From the NCBI GenBank assembly GCA_034660955.1, contig JAYEKK010000120.1, forward strand, positions 1 to 39,630: a stretch of DNA of 39,630 nucleotides. The letters are read 5' to 3'. The DNA comes from Candidatus Cloacimonadota bacterium. GTDB lineage: Bacteria > Cloacimonadota > Cloacimonadia > Cloacimonadales > TCS61. A program made the position numbers and the translations under genes. A model generated the notes under the pieces. That model searched no databases and was not told the origin of the DNA. It saw only the letters and a list, made by a program, of their open reading frames with translations. Shown here one piece after another: positions 18,431-26,942 of this stretch (the first letter of the stretch is position 1; each line of letters starts with the position of its first letter).

Positions 18431-18659
18431 TTTACATCCTCCTTTTTAAGGCGCACTTATATATTTTTTAGAGACTATATTTCAAGCAAGTTTTATTCCT
18501 ACTTTAACAGAATCATTTTCTTTGAAACTTATAAGGTAGTTTCAATTTTAACCAAGTACATTAAACTAGACATAGAATCGCCATTATTCTTGTTTTTCAT
18601 TATATACAGATTTACTTTTTTTATTGACTCATGAAATTGATTATTACATTTAGCAAAAT

Positions 18660-19691
18660 ATGAAAAATTTTAATTTATCTATTGATGTTGGTGGAACATA
18701 TACACGTCTTCGAGTAGAAATAATTGAGAACAAAAAGGTTGATTTCTTGTCTCGAGAATACATAAAGAAAATCAATTCTAAAGAAAAATTAAGAAATTTC
18801 ATAAAGTTTTCTCTAAATGATATTGATCCCTGCATTAAACCAACACATTGTGTTATCGGTTTTGCCGGAGCACTAATAGATAATTGTAAAGTAGAGATCA
18901 CAAATTGGAAGGATAACCCTACGATAATTATGGAAGATATGATCAAATGGGGATTGCCGGAAAATAATATGATCATGGTAAATGATATGGAACTGGCAGG
19001 ATACGGAATTCTAGACATGGAAGAGAAAGCTGAGATGAATTCGGATAAATGTAAAATTCTTTTTAAACCGGATTTTAATGTCAAGAATCGTATAGATAAC
19101 AAACTTGTAATTGCACCCGGTACCGGATTTGGAACAGCAAGTATTATCCAGTTTACTGCGCATTCCGGTGAAAAGGTAAAAGATGTGTTATCTTCTGAGA
19201 TCCAGCATATTCAAGTTCCACCGTTAGATAACAGACACGCAAAAATAATTGATATTATTCTTTCAAGCAAACCAGAAAGAAGTTTTTTAAATTTTGAAGA
19301 TTTTGTTTCAGGAAAGGGATTATGTGAAACCTATGAAGCAATATTAAAATTGGATGGAATAAAACAAAAAGAAAAAGATGCTCAACAAATTGCTGAAACT
19401 GCGGTAAAGGGAAGCGATAAATCTACCATCGAAGCACTCAATATTTTTTACAGATGTGTAGGCAGAATTATTCAAGCAATGGCGTTGACAATACAGCCTT
19501 ATGGTGGAATTTATCTTTGCGGAGCTTCCACCATAAATAATAATAAATTCATTCACCAAAGTGGCTTAATGAAAGAATTTCACAATTGCCTGATCCGTCA
19601 GCAACTTCTATTGCAATTTCCGGTTTATATAATTACAAAACCGGATATAAATATTACAGGCGGATTGTGGGCTTGCAGGAATATAATATAA
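18660..19691 (+). CDS. glk: Glucokinase (Glk family)
   Basis: Collinear with Glk landmarks: IDVGGTYTRL (GDVGGTNARL), ITNW, NDMELAGYG, APGTGFG (GAGTGLG), SGKGL, GGIYLCGAS (GGVFIAGGI). Confidence 0.8.
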   Translation: MKNFNLSIDVGGTYTRLRVEIIENKKVDFLSREYIKKINSKEKLRNFIKFSLNDIDPCIKPTHCVIGFAGALIDNCKVEITNWKDNPTIIMEDMIKWGLPENNMIMVNDMELAGYGILDMEEKAEMNSDKCKILFKPDFNVKNRIDNKLVIAPGTGFGTASIIQFTAHSGEKVKDVLSSEIQHIQVPPLDNRHAKIIDIILSSKPERSFLNFEDFVSGKGLCETYEAILKLDGIKQKEKDAQQIAETAVKGSDKSTIEALNIFYRCVGRIIQAMALTIQPYGGIYLCGASTINNNKFIHQSGLMKEFHNCLIRQQLLLQFPVYIITKPDINITGGLWACRNII

Positions 19692-20471
19692 ATGCAATAC
19701 GATAATGTAAAAGATAAATTTGCTTCGGCAATAGATAAATTTCCGGTTTTTAGGAAGTTGTTTTATCTATTGTTAGATATGCTTCTGCTGCGTCAGTGGT
19801 ATGTAAAACGAGAGATCAAAAAGTATTTTCCAACAGGAAAACTACTGCAGTTTTATGATGCCGGTGCAGGATTTGGACAGTATTCTTATTTTATTCTGAA
19901 GCATTTCAAAAAAGCAAAAGTTCACGCAATCGATCTTAAAACAGATTATATGGATTCATTTGCAGATTATGTTAAAAAAATTGGCTGGCAAAATTTAACA
20001 ATTCAGCAGGCAGATCTAACAAAATACACACCAAAAGAAAAATTTGATCTGATCATCGCAATTGACATTCTGGAACACATTGAAGACGATGAGCAGGTTT
20101 TACAGAATTTCAGAAAAGTGCTGACACAAGGTGGGAAGTTGATAATTTCATCTCCCAGCAATTTTGATGAATCTGCCAAATTCACAGCAGAACATGTACG
20201 TGCTGGTTACAGCAAAGAAGATATCTGTTCTAAACTGGAGAGAGCAGGTTTTAGCGTTAGATCATTTCAATATTCTTATGGAAAATTTGGGCATATTTAT
20301 TGGAAATTGGCACTTAAGATTCCTCTTTCATTGATCTCAAAATCTAAGATATTAGCGATCTTCCTTCCAATTTATTATATCCTCCTCTACCCCATTGCCT
20401 TTGGTTTTATGTTATTAGATTATTATAATAAAAATGAAATTGGAACCGGTGTGATAGTAGTTGCGGAGTAA
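19692..20471 (+). CDS. Class I SAM-dependent methyltransferase with hydrophobic C-terminal segments
   Basis: Motif I is YDAGAGFGQYS. The post-I/II regions are AIDL and IIAIDILEHIEDDEQVL...GGKLIISSP. The start abuts the glk stop. Confidence 0.75.
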   Translation: MQYDNVKDKFASAIDKFPVFRKLFYLLLDMLLLRQWYVKREIKKYFPTGKLLQFYDAGAGFGQYSYFILKHFKKAKVHAIDLKTDYMDSFADYVKKIGWQNLTIQQADLTKYTPKEKFDLIIAIDILEHIEDDEQVLQNFRKVLTQGGKLIISSPSNFDESAKFTAEHVRAGYSKEDICSKLERAGFSVRSFQYSYGKFGHIYWKLALKIPLSLISKSKILAIFLPIYYILLYPIAFGFMLLDYYNKNEIGTGVIVVAE

Positions 20472-20530
20472 GGGCTTGCCACGGCAAACCCTTACCGACA
20501 GTATTTCACATCAATTTATAAAATGTTAAC

Positions 20531-20995
20531 TCATTTTTCAATAATTTCAGTGCCACATTGTATTTTACCCGAAAGCTCATCTCCCGTAACAAATTCACCA
20601 TTATCATCAATATAAGATAAAAATTCCCAGCGGACAATACAGAAATATTTATCGTTTCTGATCAAATAGTTTGTTGAGCTGGGACCATCAGCACAGAATT
20701 TAATATCTGCTCTCCAGCCGACATTGTACCAATAACTATTTTCATAAGGATAGAACATTGACATCGGACTCACATCTTTATCGAGCAGTGACCATTTTGT
20801 TTCAAATACTATCTCGTAGCCGTTGTAAGTTTTATTATCAAATTCAAAAGTTGCTGTAGTAACTTCATTTTTAATATGCTCAAGAGAATCGAGAGCTTGA
20901 TAGAATTTGATAAATACGGTATCCTGAAAATCTTCAGCAGATGCAATTACAGCTATAAACAAGAAATAGATAATAATCCATTTTTTCTTTTTCAT
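20531..20995 (-). CDS. Hypothetical secreted protein
   Basis: 154-aa ORF with the signal peptide MKKKKWIIIYFLFIAVIASA. No family recognised. Confidence 0.5.
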   Translation of the reverse strand: MKKKKWIIIYFLFIAVIASAEDFQDTVFIKFYQALDSLEHIKNEVTTATFEFDNKTYNGYEIVFETKWSLLDKDVSPMSMFYPYENSYWYNVGWRADIKFCADGPSSTNYLIRNDKYFCIVRWEFLSYIDDNGEFVTGDELSGKIQCGTEIIEK

Positions 20996-21187
20996 AATAT
21001 TCTCGATGTTTTGTTTTGCTCATTGAACACACAATATTTAAAACATATCAAAAGAATTCATAGAATCAAATTTTCTGTCAAATAATTTGTACTTTTTCAG
21101 CGTTCACATTCCAACTTAAAATTGACAAAGAAAAGATTGTTAATTTTTTTGTTATAGTTAAATAATAAATATAAATCAGGAGTAATA

Positions 21188-22411
21188 ATGAAATACAAAT
21201 TAATATTAATATTTATGCTAATAACTGTTCTGTTAACTGGGAATTCAATTTTTTCATTCGATGGAATGCCGCTTGAATATTATGGAAATGATGTTTATGG
21301 AGTTGGAATGGGTGAAACGGGATCTGCCGATCTTTTCCGTATAAATCCCAATTTTCATAATCCATCTTTAGCTGCAACAACGAATAATGTATTATTCTCA
21401 ACAGCAGTATCACTCGGGTATATGTGGTACAAAGATTCTGATAATAATGAATTCCGTGATGATGGTATTTATATGCCGTATTTCACGATGGCAATTCCCA
21501 TAAAAAACCATAGATTTGCTTTCAGCTTTAATTCTATCGCATCCGGAAATATTGAGAATGCGAAAGAGCTTGAATTCGAAAGTTTTAGTGATACATTGCA
21601 ATATTCCGAAGTTAACAGATTAAGTACTTCATTGTACAAAGCAGATATGGTGTATGCATATAAAAGCTCCATTGTTAATATTGGTGTTGCCATGAATTAT
21701 TATCTTGGTCACCGTATCCGATATTGGGAAATAGGTTTTGAAGATAATGATTATACAGATGCAAAATATGAAATTGAAAAGATTTATAAAAACCCGGGAT
21801 TTACGGTTGGGCTTTCTAAAAAGATCGGAAAAGTTTCCTTGGGTGCTGCCTATTCTTCCCACGTAAAAATGGAAGGAGATGTAACCTATAAATATGGTCA
21901 TACACCCTATGCAGATACATTAAGTTTGGAAGATGATTTTCTTTTTGAAGTTCCAGCACAGGTCTCAGGAGGAATAACCTGGAAATTTATGGAAAAATAC
22001 AAAGCTTCTTTAGATGGCTATTATCAAATTTGGCAAGATACTGAAGATTACAACAACAACACATTAAAACTTGGTTTGGGGGTTGCCTATGATCCTCTTA
22101 GCGGTTATGGCTCATGGTTTGAAAATATCCCGTTAAGGTTTGGAGGTTATTACCGAGAACTTCCATTCAATGTGAATAACGAAAAAATAATAGAAAAAGC
22201 AGTTACTTTTGGCTCTTCAATTCCTCTAAAATCACCCAATAAAAAAATTGAATTTGCAGTTTCATACATAACTCGCGGAGATGTGGATAAACATGGACTT
22301 AGTGATGAATCTTTGATGTTCTCATTTGGAATTACCGGCTTTGATATTTTTAAGAAACGTTACAAAAGAATTGAACATCGTGAAATTCCAAAAGCTGATG
22401 AGGACAGGTAA
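21188..22411 (+). CDS. Putative outer-membrane beta-barrel protein (possibly FadL/PorV-like)
   Basis: AGGAG RBS and a signal peptide. An N-terminal G-x-G-M-G-E-T-G-S-A segment resembles the plug motif of FadL/PorV-type barrels. An alternating aromatic/hydrophilic strand pattern runs throughout. The family call is tentative. Confidence 0.45.
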   Translation: MKYKLILIFMLITVLLTGNSIFSFDGMPLEYYGNDVYGVGMGETGSADLFRINPNFHNPSLAATTNNVLFSTAVSLGYMWYKDSDNNEFRDDGIYMPYFTMAIPIKNHRFAFSFNSIASGNIENAKELEFESFSDTLQYSEVNRLSTSLYKADMVYAYKSSIVNIGVAMNYYLGHRIRYWEIGFEDNDYTDAKYEIEKIYKNPGFTVGLSKKIGKVSLGAAYSSHVKMEGDVTYKYGHTPYADTLSLEDDFLFEVPAQVSGGITWKFMEKYKASLDGYYQIWQDTEDYNNNTLKLGLGVAYDPLSGYGSWFENIPLRFGGYYRELPFNVNNEKIIEKAVTFGSSIPLKSPNKKIEFAVSYITRGDVDKHGLSDESLMFSFGITGFDIFKKRYKRIEHREIPKADEDR

Positions 22412-22418
22412 AAACTTA

Positions 22419-23990
22419 ATGAAATTCAGGTGGAGCTACAGACATTCTGATAAAGACACAATTTTTGATCAGATAAGAGAAAATCGGAAAATAGGCGATT
22501 CCTTTATCCATTCATCTATTGATGATATACCAGATATTTCTCTACTCAAAGATATTGATATTGCTGCTGATAGAATCATTAATGCCGTTCAACAAAAAGA
22601 GAAGATCATAATTTATGGGCACGACGATGTTGATGGTATCACGGCGACATACATTTTATATGATTTTTTAGAGAAACTTGGTTCACAAAATCATTTTTAT
22701 TATATTCCAAATAGATTGATAGACGATCATGGAATACAACAGAATTTTATTGATAAAGTAAAAGAAGAAAAATTCAATTTAGTGATTACTGTAGATGGTG
22801 GTATCTCGTGCAAGAATGCAATTATTGAGATAATGGAAAACGGCTGCGATGTTATTGTTACTGATCACCATATTGTCTTGGAAAATCTTCTGCCGCCTGC
22901 CCTGGCAATTATTAATCCAAAACAGAAAGATTGCAAATTCCCATTTGATATGATAGCCGGTGTTGGGGTAGCATATTTCCTGATAAAAAGGATTTCTGAA
23001 ATAACCGGAATAACTGACGATAGAAATTATCTTTTCTGGGTGGCGGTCGGCAGCATATCAGATAAAGTTCCCCTGTTGGATGTCAACAGAATATTTGTGA
23101 AGGAAGTATTGGATACATGGAGTACTTTCGATGATAACACACTTTACAAACTAAGCCCTTATTTGGAACCGGGGATTAACTATTCTCAGAGAATGAATAA
23201 CATCCATTACATCATTAAATTACTATCTAACGGTAGGGGTAAAAAAGGTAAACATAAGAGCATGAAATTGCTTGTAACTCATAATAAAGAAAAAGATGTC
23301 ATCGTTGCTGAAATGCAGAACCAACAAAAAAATCATGAGGTTAAACTCGACAATATTCGTCGCTATATTCGAACTAAAATTCCACATATATTTGGGAATT
23401 CTTATGTGTTTAGAGATCTGGATCATCAAATTCCATTTGAACTTTTGGGCTATTCCGCTTCTTTTATTACAAAAAAACATAAAGTTCCAGTAGTTTTCAT
23501 AAAGAATAAAAACGGAATAGCTGTTGGAGAAGCACGAGGAACTGATGGCTTTAATCTGGTTGATGCTTTTACTTATAGCCGTGAACATCTTATCCAGTAT
23601 GGAGGTCATGCAAAAGCTGCCGGATTTACAATTAGAAGTAGTGAAATAGATAAATTTATTAAAAAGTTTGAAGAGTATATTAACTTAAAACATTTAGTTA
23701 TTGAGGAGAATAAGAGAATAGATATTGATGCTGTTATCAGTAGCAGAGAACTAGATAAATTCAACGAATATATTCAAATGGATTATAACCTTTTACAACC
23801 GTTTGGTCAAGGAAACCCGGAACCGAAATTTCTCCTTTTAGATTATCTCCCTCAGCGAGATGTGCAACGAATGCAATTTAAAAAGTTGGAGAATAAGATA
23901 GAATCTGAAGTGTCTTATAACGTTGTGTTCACTTTTAGAGATTCATCTTTTAAATTTATAGATTACCGAGAAAAAATATATATGTTATAA
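22419..23990 (+). CDS. recJ: Single-stranded-DNA-specific exonuclease RecJ (DHH/DHHA1 family)
   Basis: Motifs present: IIIYGHDDVDGITA (DHH motif I/II), VITVDGGIS, VIVTDHH (motif III), GGHAKAAGFT (DHHA1). The start at 22419 lies just after the upstream stop. An ATG at 22398 is an alternative. Confidence 0.85.
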   Translation: MKFRWSYRHSDKDTIFDQIRENRKIGDSFIHSSIDDIPDISLLKDIDIAADRIINAVQQKEKIIIYGHDDVDGITATYILYDFLEKLGSQNHFYYIPNRLIDDHGIQQNFIDKVKEEKFNLVITVDGGISCKNAIIEIMENGCDVIVTDHHIVLENLLPPALAIINPKQKDCKFPFDMIAGVGVAYFLIKRISEITGITDDRNYLFWVAVGSISDKVPLLDVNRIFVKEVLDTWSTFDDNTLYKLSPYLEPGINYSQRMNNIHYIIKLLSNGRGKKGKHKSMKLLVTHNKEKDVIVAEMQNQQKNHEVKLDNIRRYIRTKIPHIFGNSYVFRDLDHQIPFELLGYSASFITKKHKVPVVFIKNKNGIAVGEARGTDGFNLVDAFTYSREHLIQYGGHAKAAGFTIRSSEIDKFIKKFEEYINLKHLVIEENKRIDIDAVISSRELDKFNEYIQMDYNLLQPFGQGNPEPKFLLLDYLPQRDVQRMQFKKLENKIESEVSYNVVFTFRDSSFKFIDYREKIYML

Positions 23991-24006
23991 ACGGAGAAAT
24001 ATTTTT

Positions 24007-24177
24007 ATGAAAGTGATACATGAATTATGTGATATTTGCGGAACCTGTGTTGCAGTGTGTCCTGTTGATGCTATTACCATAACAGAATTTACGGTTGAAA
24101 TCGATAATGATATATGTACAAACTGTTTGAATTGTTTGAAAGTATGCCCTGCAAAAGCTATCGAGGAAGGTGAATAA
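24007..24177 (+). CDS. Small 2x[4Fe-4S] ferredoxin (56 aa; too short for the ORF track)
   Basis: Translation: MKVIHELCDICGTCVAVCPVDAITITEFTVEIDNDICTNCLNCLKVCPAKAIEEGE. It has two CxxCxxCxxxCP clusters. A GGAGA RBS lies upstream. The stop overlaps the start of the next gene (TAATG). Confidence 0.8.
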   Translation: MKVIHELCDICGTCVAVCPVDAITITEFTVEIDNDICTNCLNCLKVCPAKAIEEGE

Positions 24178-25370
24178 TGGTAAAAGATAGATATGATATT
24201 GTCGTGATCGGAGCCGGACCGGCAGGGAGTGTTGCAGCCAGATTTGCAGCCGAGAATGGTGCTTCTGTTCTTATGTTGGAACGTGATAGAGAACCGGGGA
24301 TTCCCGTGCGTTGTGCAGAAGGTGTTTCCCATAACGGCATTGTTCCATTTATTGATATCGATAAGCGTTGGATCGCATCACAAATAGATATTGCAAAACT
24401 TACTTCTCCAAATGGTGAAAGTGCATTCATGCATAACAATGGAACTGGCTATGTTCTGGAGAGAAGAATATTTGATACTGCACTTTGTGAACTTGCAGCA
24501 AAACATGGAGCAAGATTAATTACAAAAGCAAATGCACTTGACCTGATAAAAGAAAACGATAAGATCACCGGAGTAAAATACCGCTATATGGGAAAAACCC
24601 GGGAAGTTAAATGTGATTTAGTCATCGCAGCCGACGGTACAGAATCTCGTGTGGGAAGATGGGCAGGAATAAATACAACCGTAGCCCTTAGGGATATTGA
24701 TACTTGTGTGCAATACACACTTGCCGGTCTTGATCTAAAAAAAGATACATGCGAATTCTATTTTGGAAATAAAGTCTCTCCCGGAGGATATGTCTGGATA
24801 TTCCCAAAATCCGATAGTACTGCAAATGTAGGTATTGGAATTGCAGGACATCTTTCGCATGAAAAAGGACCCAAAGAATACTTAGATGAATTTGTAGCCG
24901 GGAGATTCCCCGATGCAACAATTACTTATACCATGTATGGTGGAGTACCAACTGCAGCTACCCTGAAAGAAATTGTTAAAGATAATTTTATGATAGTTGG
25001 GGATGCTGCACGACAGGTAAACCCGATAACAGGTGGTGGAATTGTACAGGGAATGATAGCTGGAAATATTGCCGGAAAGGTTGCTGCTGAAGCTGTTAAA
25101 AAGGGACAATTCGATGCAAAATTCTTAAAGAAATATCGCAAGGAATGGGATAAAACACTGGGCAATACCCAAAAAGTTATGCACTCAATGAAAGAGAAAT
25201 TCCTCTTTATGACCGATGAAAGATTCGATAATTTAGTGGGATTCTGTAAGAAAATACCTTCAGACAAATTCAGCTTAAAAGCATTATTTACAGAAGCTGT
25301 AAAAGGAGATCCTAAGCTGATGCTGGATGTTGCAAAATCATTTGTTGTGAGTAAAATAAAACTGAAATGA
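24177..25370 (+). CDS. Geranylgeranyl reductase-family FAD-dependent oxidoreductase
   Basis: Motifs present: YDIVVIGAGPAGSVAA (FAD GxGxxG), VRCAEG (catalytic Cys context), PGGYVWIFP, VGDAARQVNPITGGGI. All are hallmarks of the GGR family. Confidence 0.85.
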   Translation: MVKDRYDIVVIGAGPAGSVAARFAAENGASVLMLERDREPGIPVRCAEGVSHNGIVPFIDIDKRWIASQIDIAKLTSPNGESAFMHNNGTGYVLERRIFDTALCELAAKHGARLITKANALDLIKENDKITGVKYRYMGKTREVKCDLVIAADGTESRVGRWAGINTTVALRDIDTCVQYTLAGLDLKKDTCEFYFGNKVSPGGYVWIFPKSDSTANVGIGIAGHLSHEKGPKEYLDEFVAGRFPDATITYTMYGGVPTAATLKEIVKDNFMIVGDAARQVNPITGGGIVQGMIAGNIAGKVAAEAVKKGQFDAKFLKKYRKEWDKTLGNTQKVMHSMKEKFLFMTDERFDNLVGFCKKIPSDKFSLKALFTEAVKGDPKLMLDVAKSFVVSKIKLK

Positions 25371-25954
25371 CCGAAAAACAGAAGAAGGAGCTATTTCGAA
25401 AATCATTCCATGTAAGTTCGATATTGCTGCCCCTTTCTTATTACTTCATTTTCCAAAATCGAAAAGTAATGTTTTTGGTTCTTGTCCCTCTAACCGCTAT
25501 TGCGTTGATAATTGATATAGCACGACTTGAACACAAAACATTTAAGCGTATATTTTATAATTTAGTTGGACTTTTACTAAGAAAACACGAGATTCACAAT
25601 TTTACCGGTGCAACATATTTAATGATATCCGCAGTATTATGTATTGGCTTTTTTCCTAAGGAAATTGCTGTTGTTTCTCTTGCTTTTCTGGCAATTGGAG
25701 ATACCCTGGCTGCTCTTGTGGGAATACCGCTTGGTAAAAGAAAAATATTAAATACTGATAAAAGTTTGGAAGGAAGTTTAGCCTGTTTTACGGGATGTTT
25801 TATTTTCGGACTTCTCTTCTTGCATCCGGCAGTTGCCCTAATAGGTGCTTTTACGGCAACAATTGCAGAATTTTCATGGATTCCATTAGATGATAATATA
25901 AAGATTCCAATTGCTTCCGGATTGGTTATGAGTTTTGTGAATATGTTCTTTTAA
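25367..25954 (+). CDS. Polyprenol/dolichol/phytol kinase-family membrane protein (COG0170, CTP-dependent)
   Basis: 195-aa multi-TM protein with an N-terminal RKSFH motif and the KSLEGSLA motif of the CdsA/dolichol-kinase superfamily. An ATGA overlap with the GGR gene suggests translational coupling. Confidence 0.7.
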   Translation: MTEKQKKELFRKSFHVSSILLPLSYYFIFQNRKVMFLVLVPLTAIALIIDIARLEHKTFKRIFYNLVGLLLRKHEIHNFTGATYLMISAVLCIGFFPKEIAVVSLAFLAIGDTLAALVGIPLGKRKILNTDKSLEGSLACFTGCFIFGLLFLHPAVALIGAFTATIAEFSWIPLDDNIKIPIASGLVMSFVNMFF

Positions 25955-25990
25955 GTGGAATTGTTATAAAGAAAACATGAGGATAAAAAA

Positions 25991-26923
25991 ATGAAATTAT
26001 CATTTGTGATACCAGTTTTTAATGAACAAGAAAGTTTGAACCAATTGTATTCTGAAATCATAGAAAATATTAAAGAATATGAATATGAAATAATATTTGT
26101 TGATGATGGCAGTACTGATGACAGCTACAATATTTTACAGAAATTAGCATCGGAAGATAAGAATGTTAAACTTATAAAATTCAGGAAGAATTTTGGGAAA
26201 TCTGCCGGTTTGAATGTAGGATTTAAAGCAGCAAAAGGTGACGTTGTTTTCACGATGGATGCAGATCTTCAAGACGACCCTAAAGAGATAGAACAATTCA
26301 TAAAAAAACTGGACGAAGGATATGATATGGTTACAGGTTGGAAAGTGAAACGTCGTGATCCGATCTCAAAAACATGGCCTTCCAAACTTTATAATAAAGT
26401 AACATCCAACACTTTTAAATTAAAACTACACGACTATAATTGTGGATATAAAGCATATAAAAAAGAGGTGGTAGATGAACTGGATATTTATGGCGAAATG
26501 CACCGTTACATTCCGGCACTGGCGAATTCTTTAGGATTTAAAATTGCCGAGATCCCGGTTCATCACCGCAAAAGAGAATTCGGAAAAACCAAGTATGGTT
26601 CGGAACGATATTTACGTGGATTTCTGGACCTCATTACCGTAAAACTGGTAACCGGATATATTCATAGTCCACTCTATTTATTTGGCAGAATCGGTTTCGG
26701 ATTTAGCTTTGTTGGTTTCATTATCGCCCTTTATCTTTCCATAATGAAATTGGGTTTTGGCATTCCATTGTATAATCGTCCACTTTTGTATTTGGGAACT
26801 CTTTTAATGATAATCGGGTTGCAATTCTTCTCGATTGGACTTCTGGGAGAATTAATTATCAATCGCAATAGAGATGGGAACAGGAAGAAAAATATTTCGA
26901 TATCTGAGAAGATAAATTTATAA
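25991..26923 (+). CDS. GT2 polyprenyl-phosphate glycosyltransferase (Dpm1/GtrB/ArnC-like) with two C-terminal TM helices
   Basis: Motifs present: SFVIPVFNE, IIFVDDGSTDDS, MDADLQDDP (the DxD). C-terminal TM helices as in GtrB-type enzymes. GAGGA RBS. Confidence 0.8.
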   Translation: MKLSFVIPVFNEQESLNQLYSEIIENIKEYEYEIIFVDDGSTDDSYNILQKLASEDKNVKLIKFRKNFGKSAGLNVGFKAAKGDVVFTMDADLQDDPKEIEQFIKKLDEGYDMVTGWKVKRRDPISKTWPSKLYNKVTSNTFKLKLHDYNCGYKAYKKEVVDELDIYGEMHRYIPALANSLGFKIAEIPVHHRKREFGKTKYGSERYLRGFLDLITVKLVTGYIHSPLYLFGRIGFGFSFVGFIIALYLSIMKLGFGIPLYNRPLLYLGTLLMIIGLQFFSIGLLGELIINRNRDGNRKKNISISEKINL

Positions 26924-26942
26924 TCAATTTTAGAGGGAAAAC

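Noticed and set aside
18650-19102. 150-aa minus-strand ORF overlapping the glk start.
   Set aside because: It is antisense to the well-supported glucokinase gene, and no family is recognisable.
20469-20494. The hairpin TAAGGGCTTGCC...GGCAAACCCTTA between convergent genes, considered as a terminator.
   Set aside because: The stem has an internal mismatch and no U-tract on either strand, so it is too weak to call. The similar small hairpin at 28571-28588, which overlaps the sigma gene stop, was rejected for the same reason.
23985-24439. Minus-strand ORFs 23985-24332 and 24158-24439.
   Set aside because: They are antisense to the ferredoxin and GGR genes. The plus-strand products have textbook CxxCxxCxxxCP and GxGxxG motifs.
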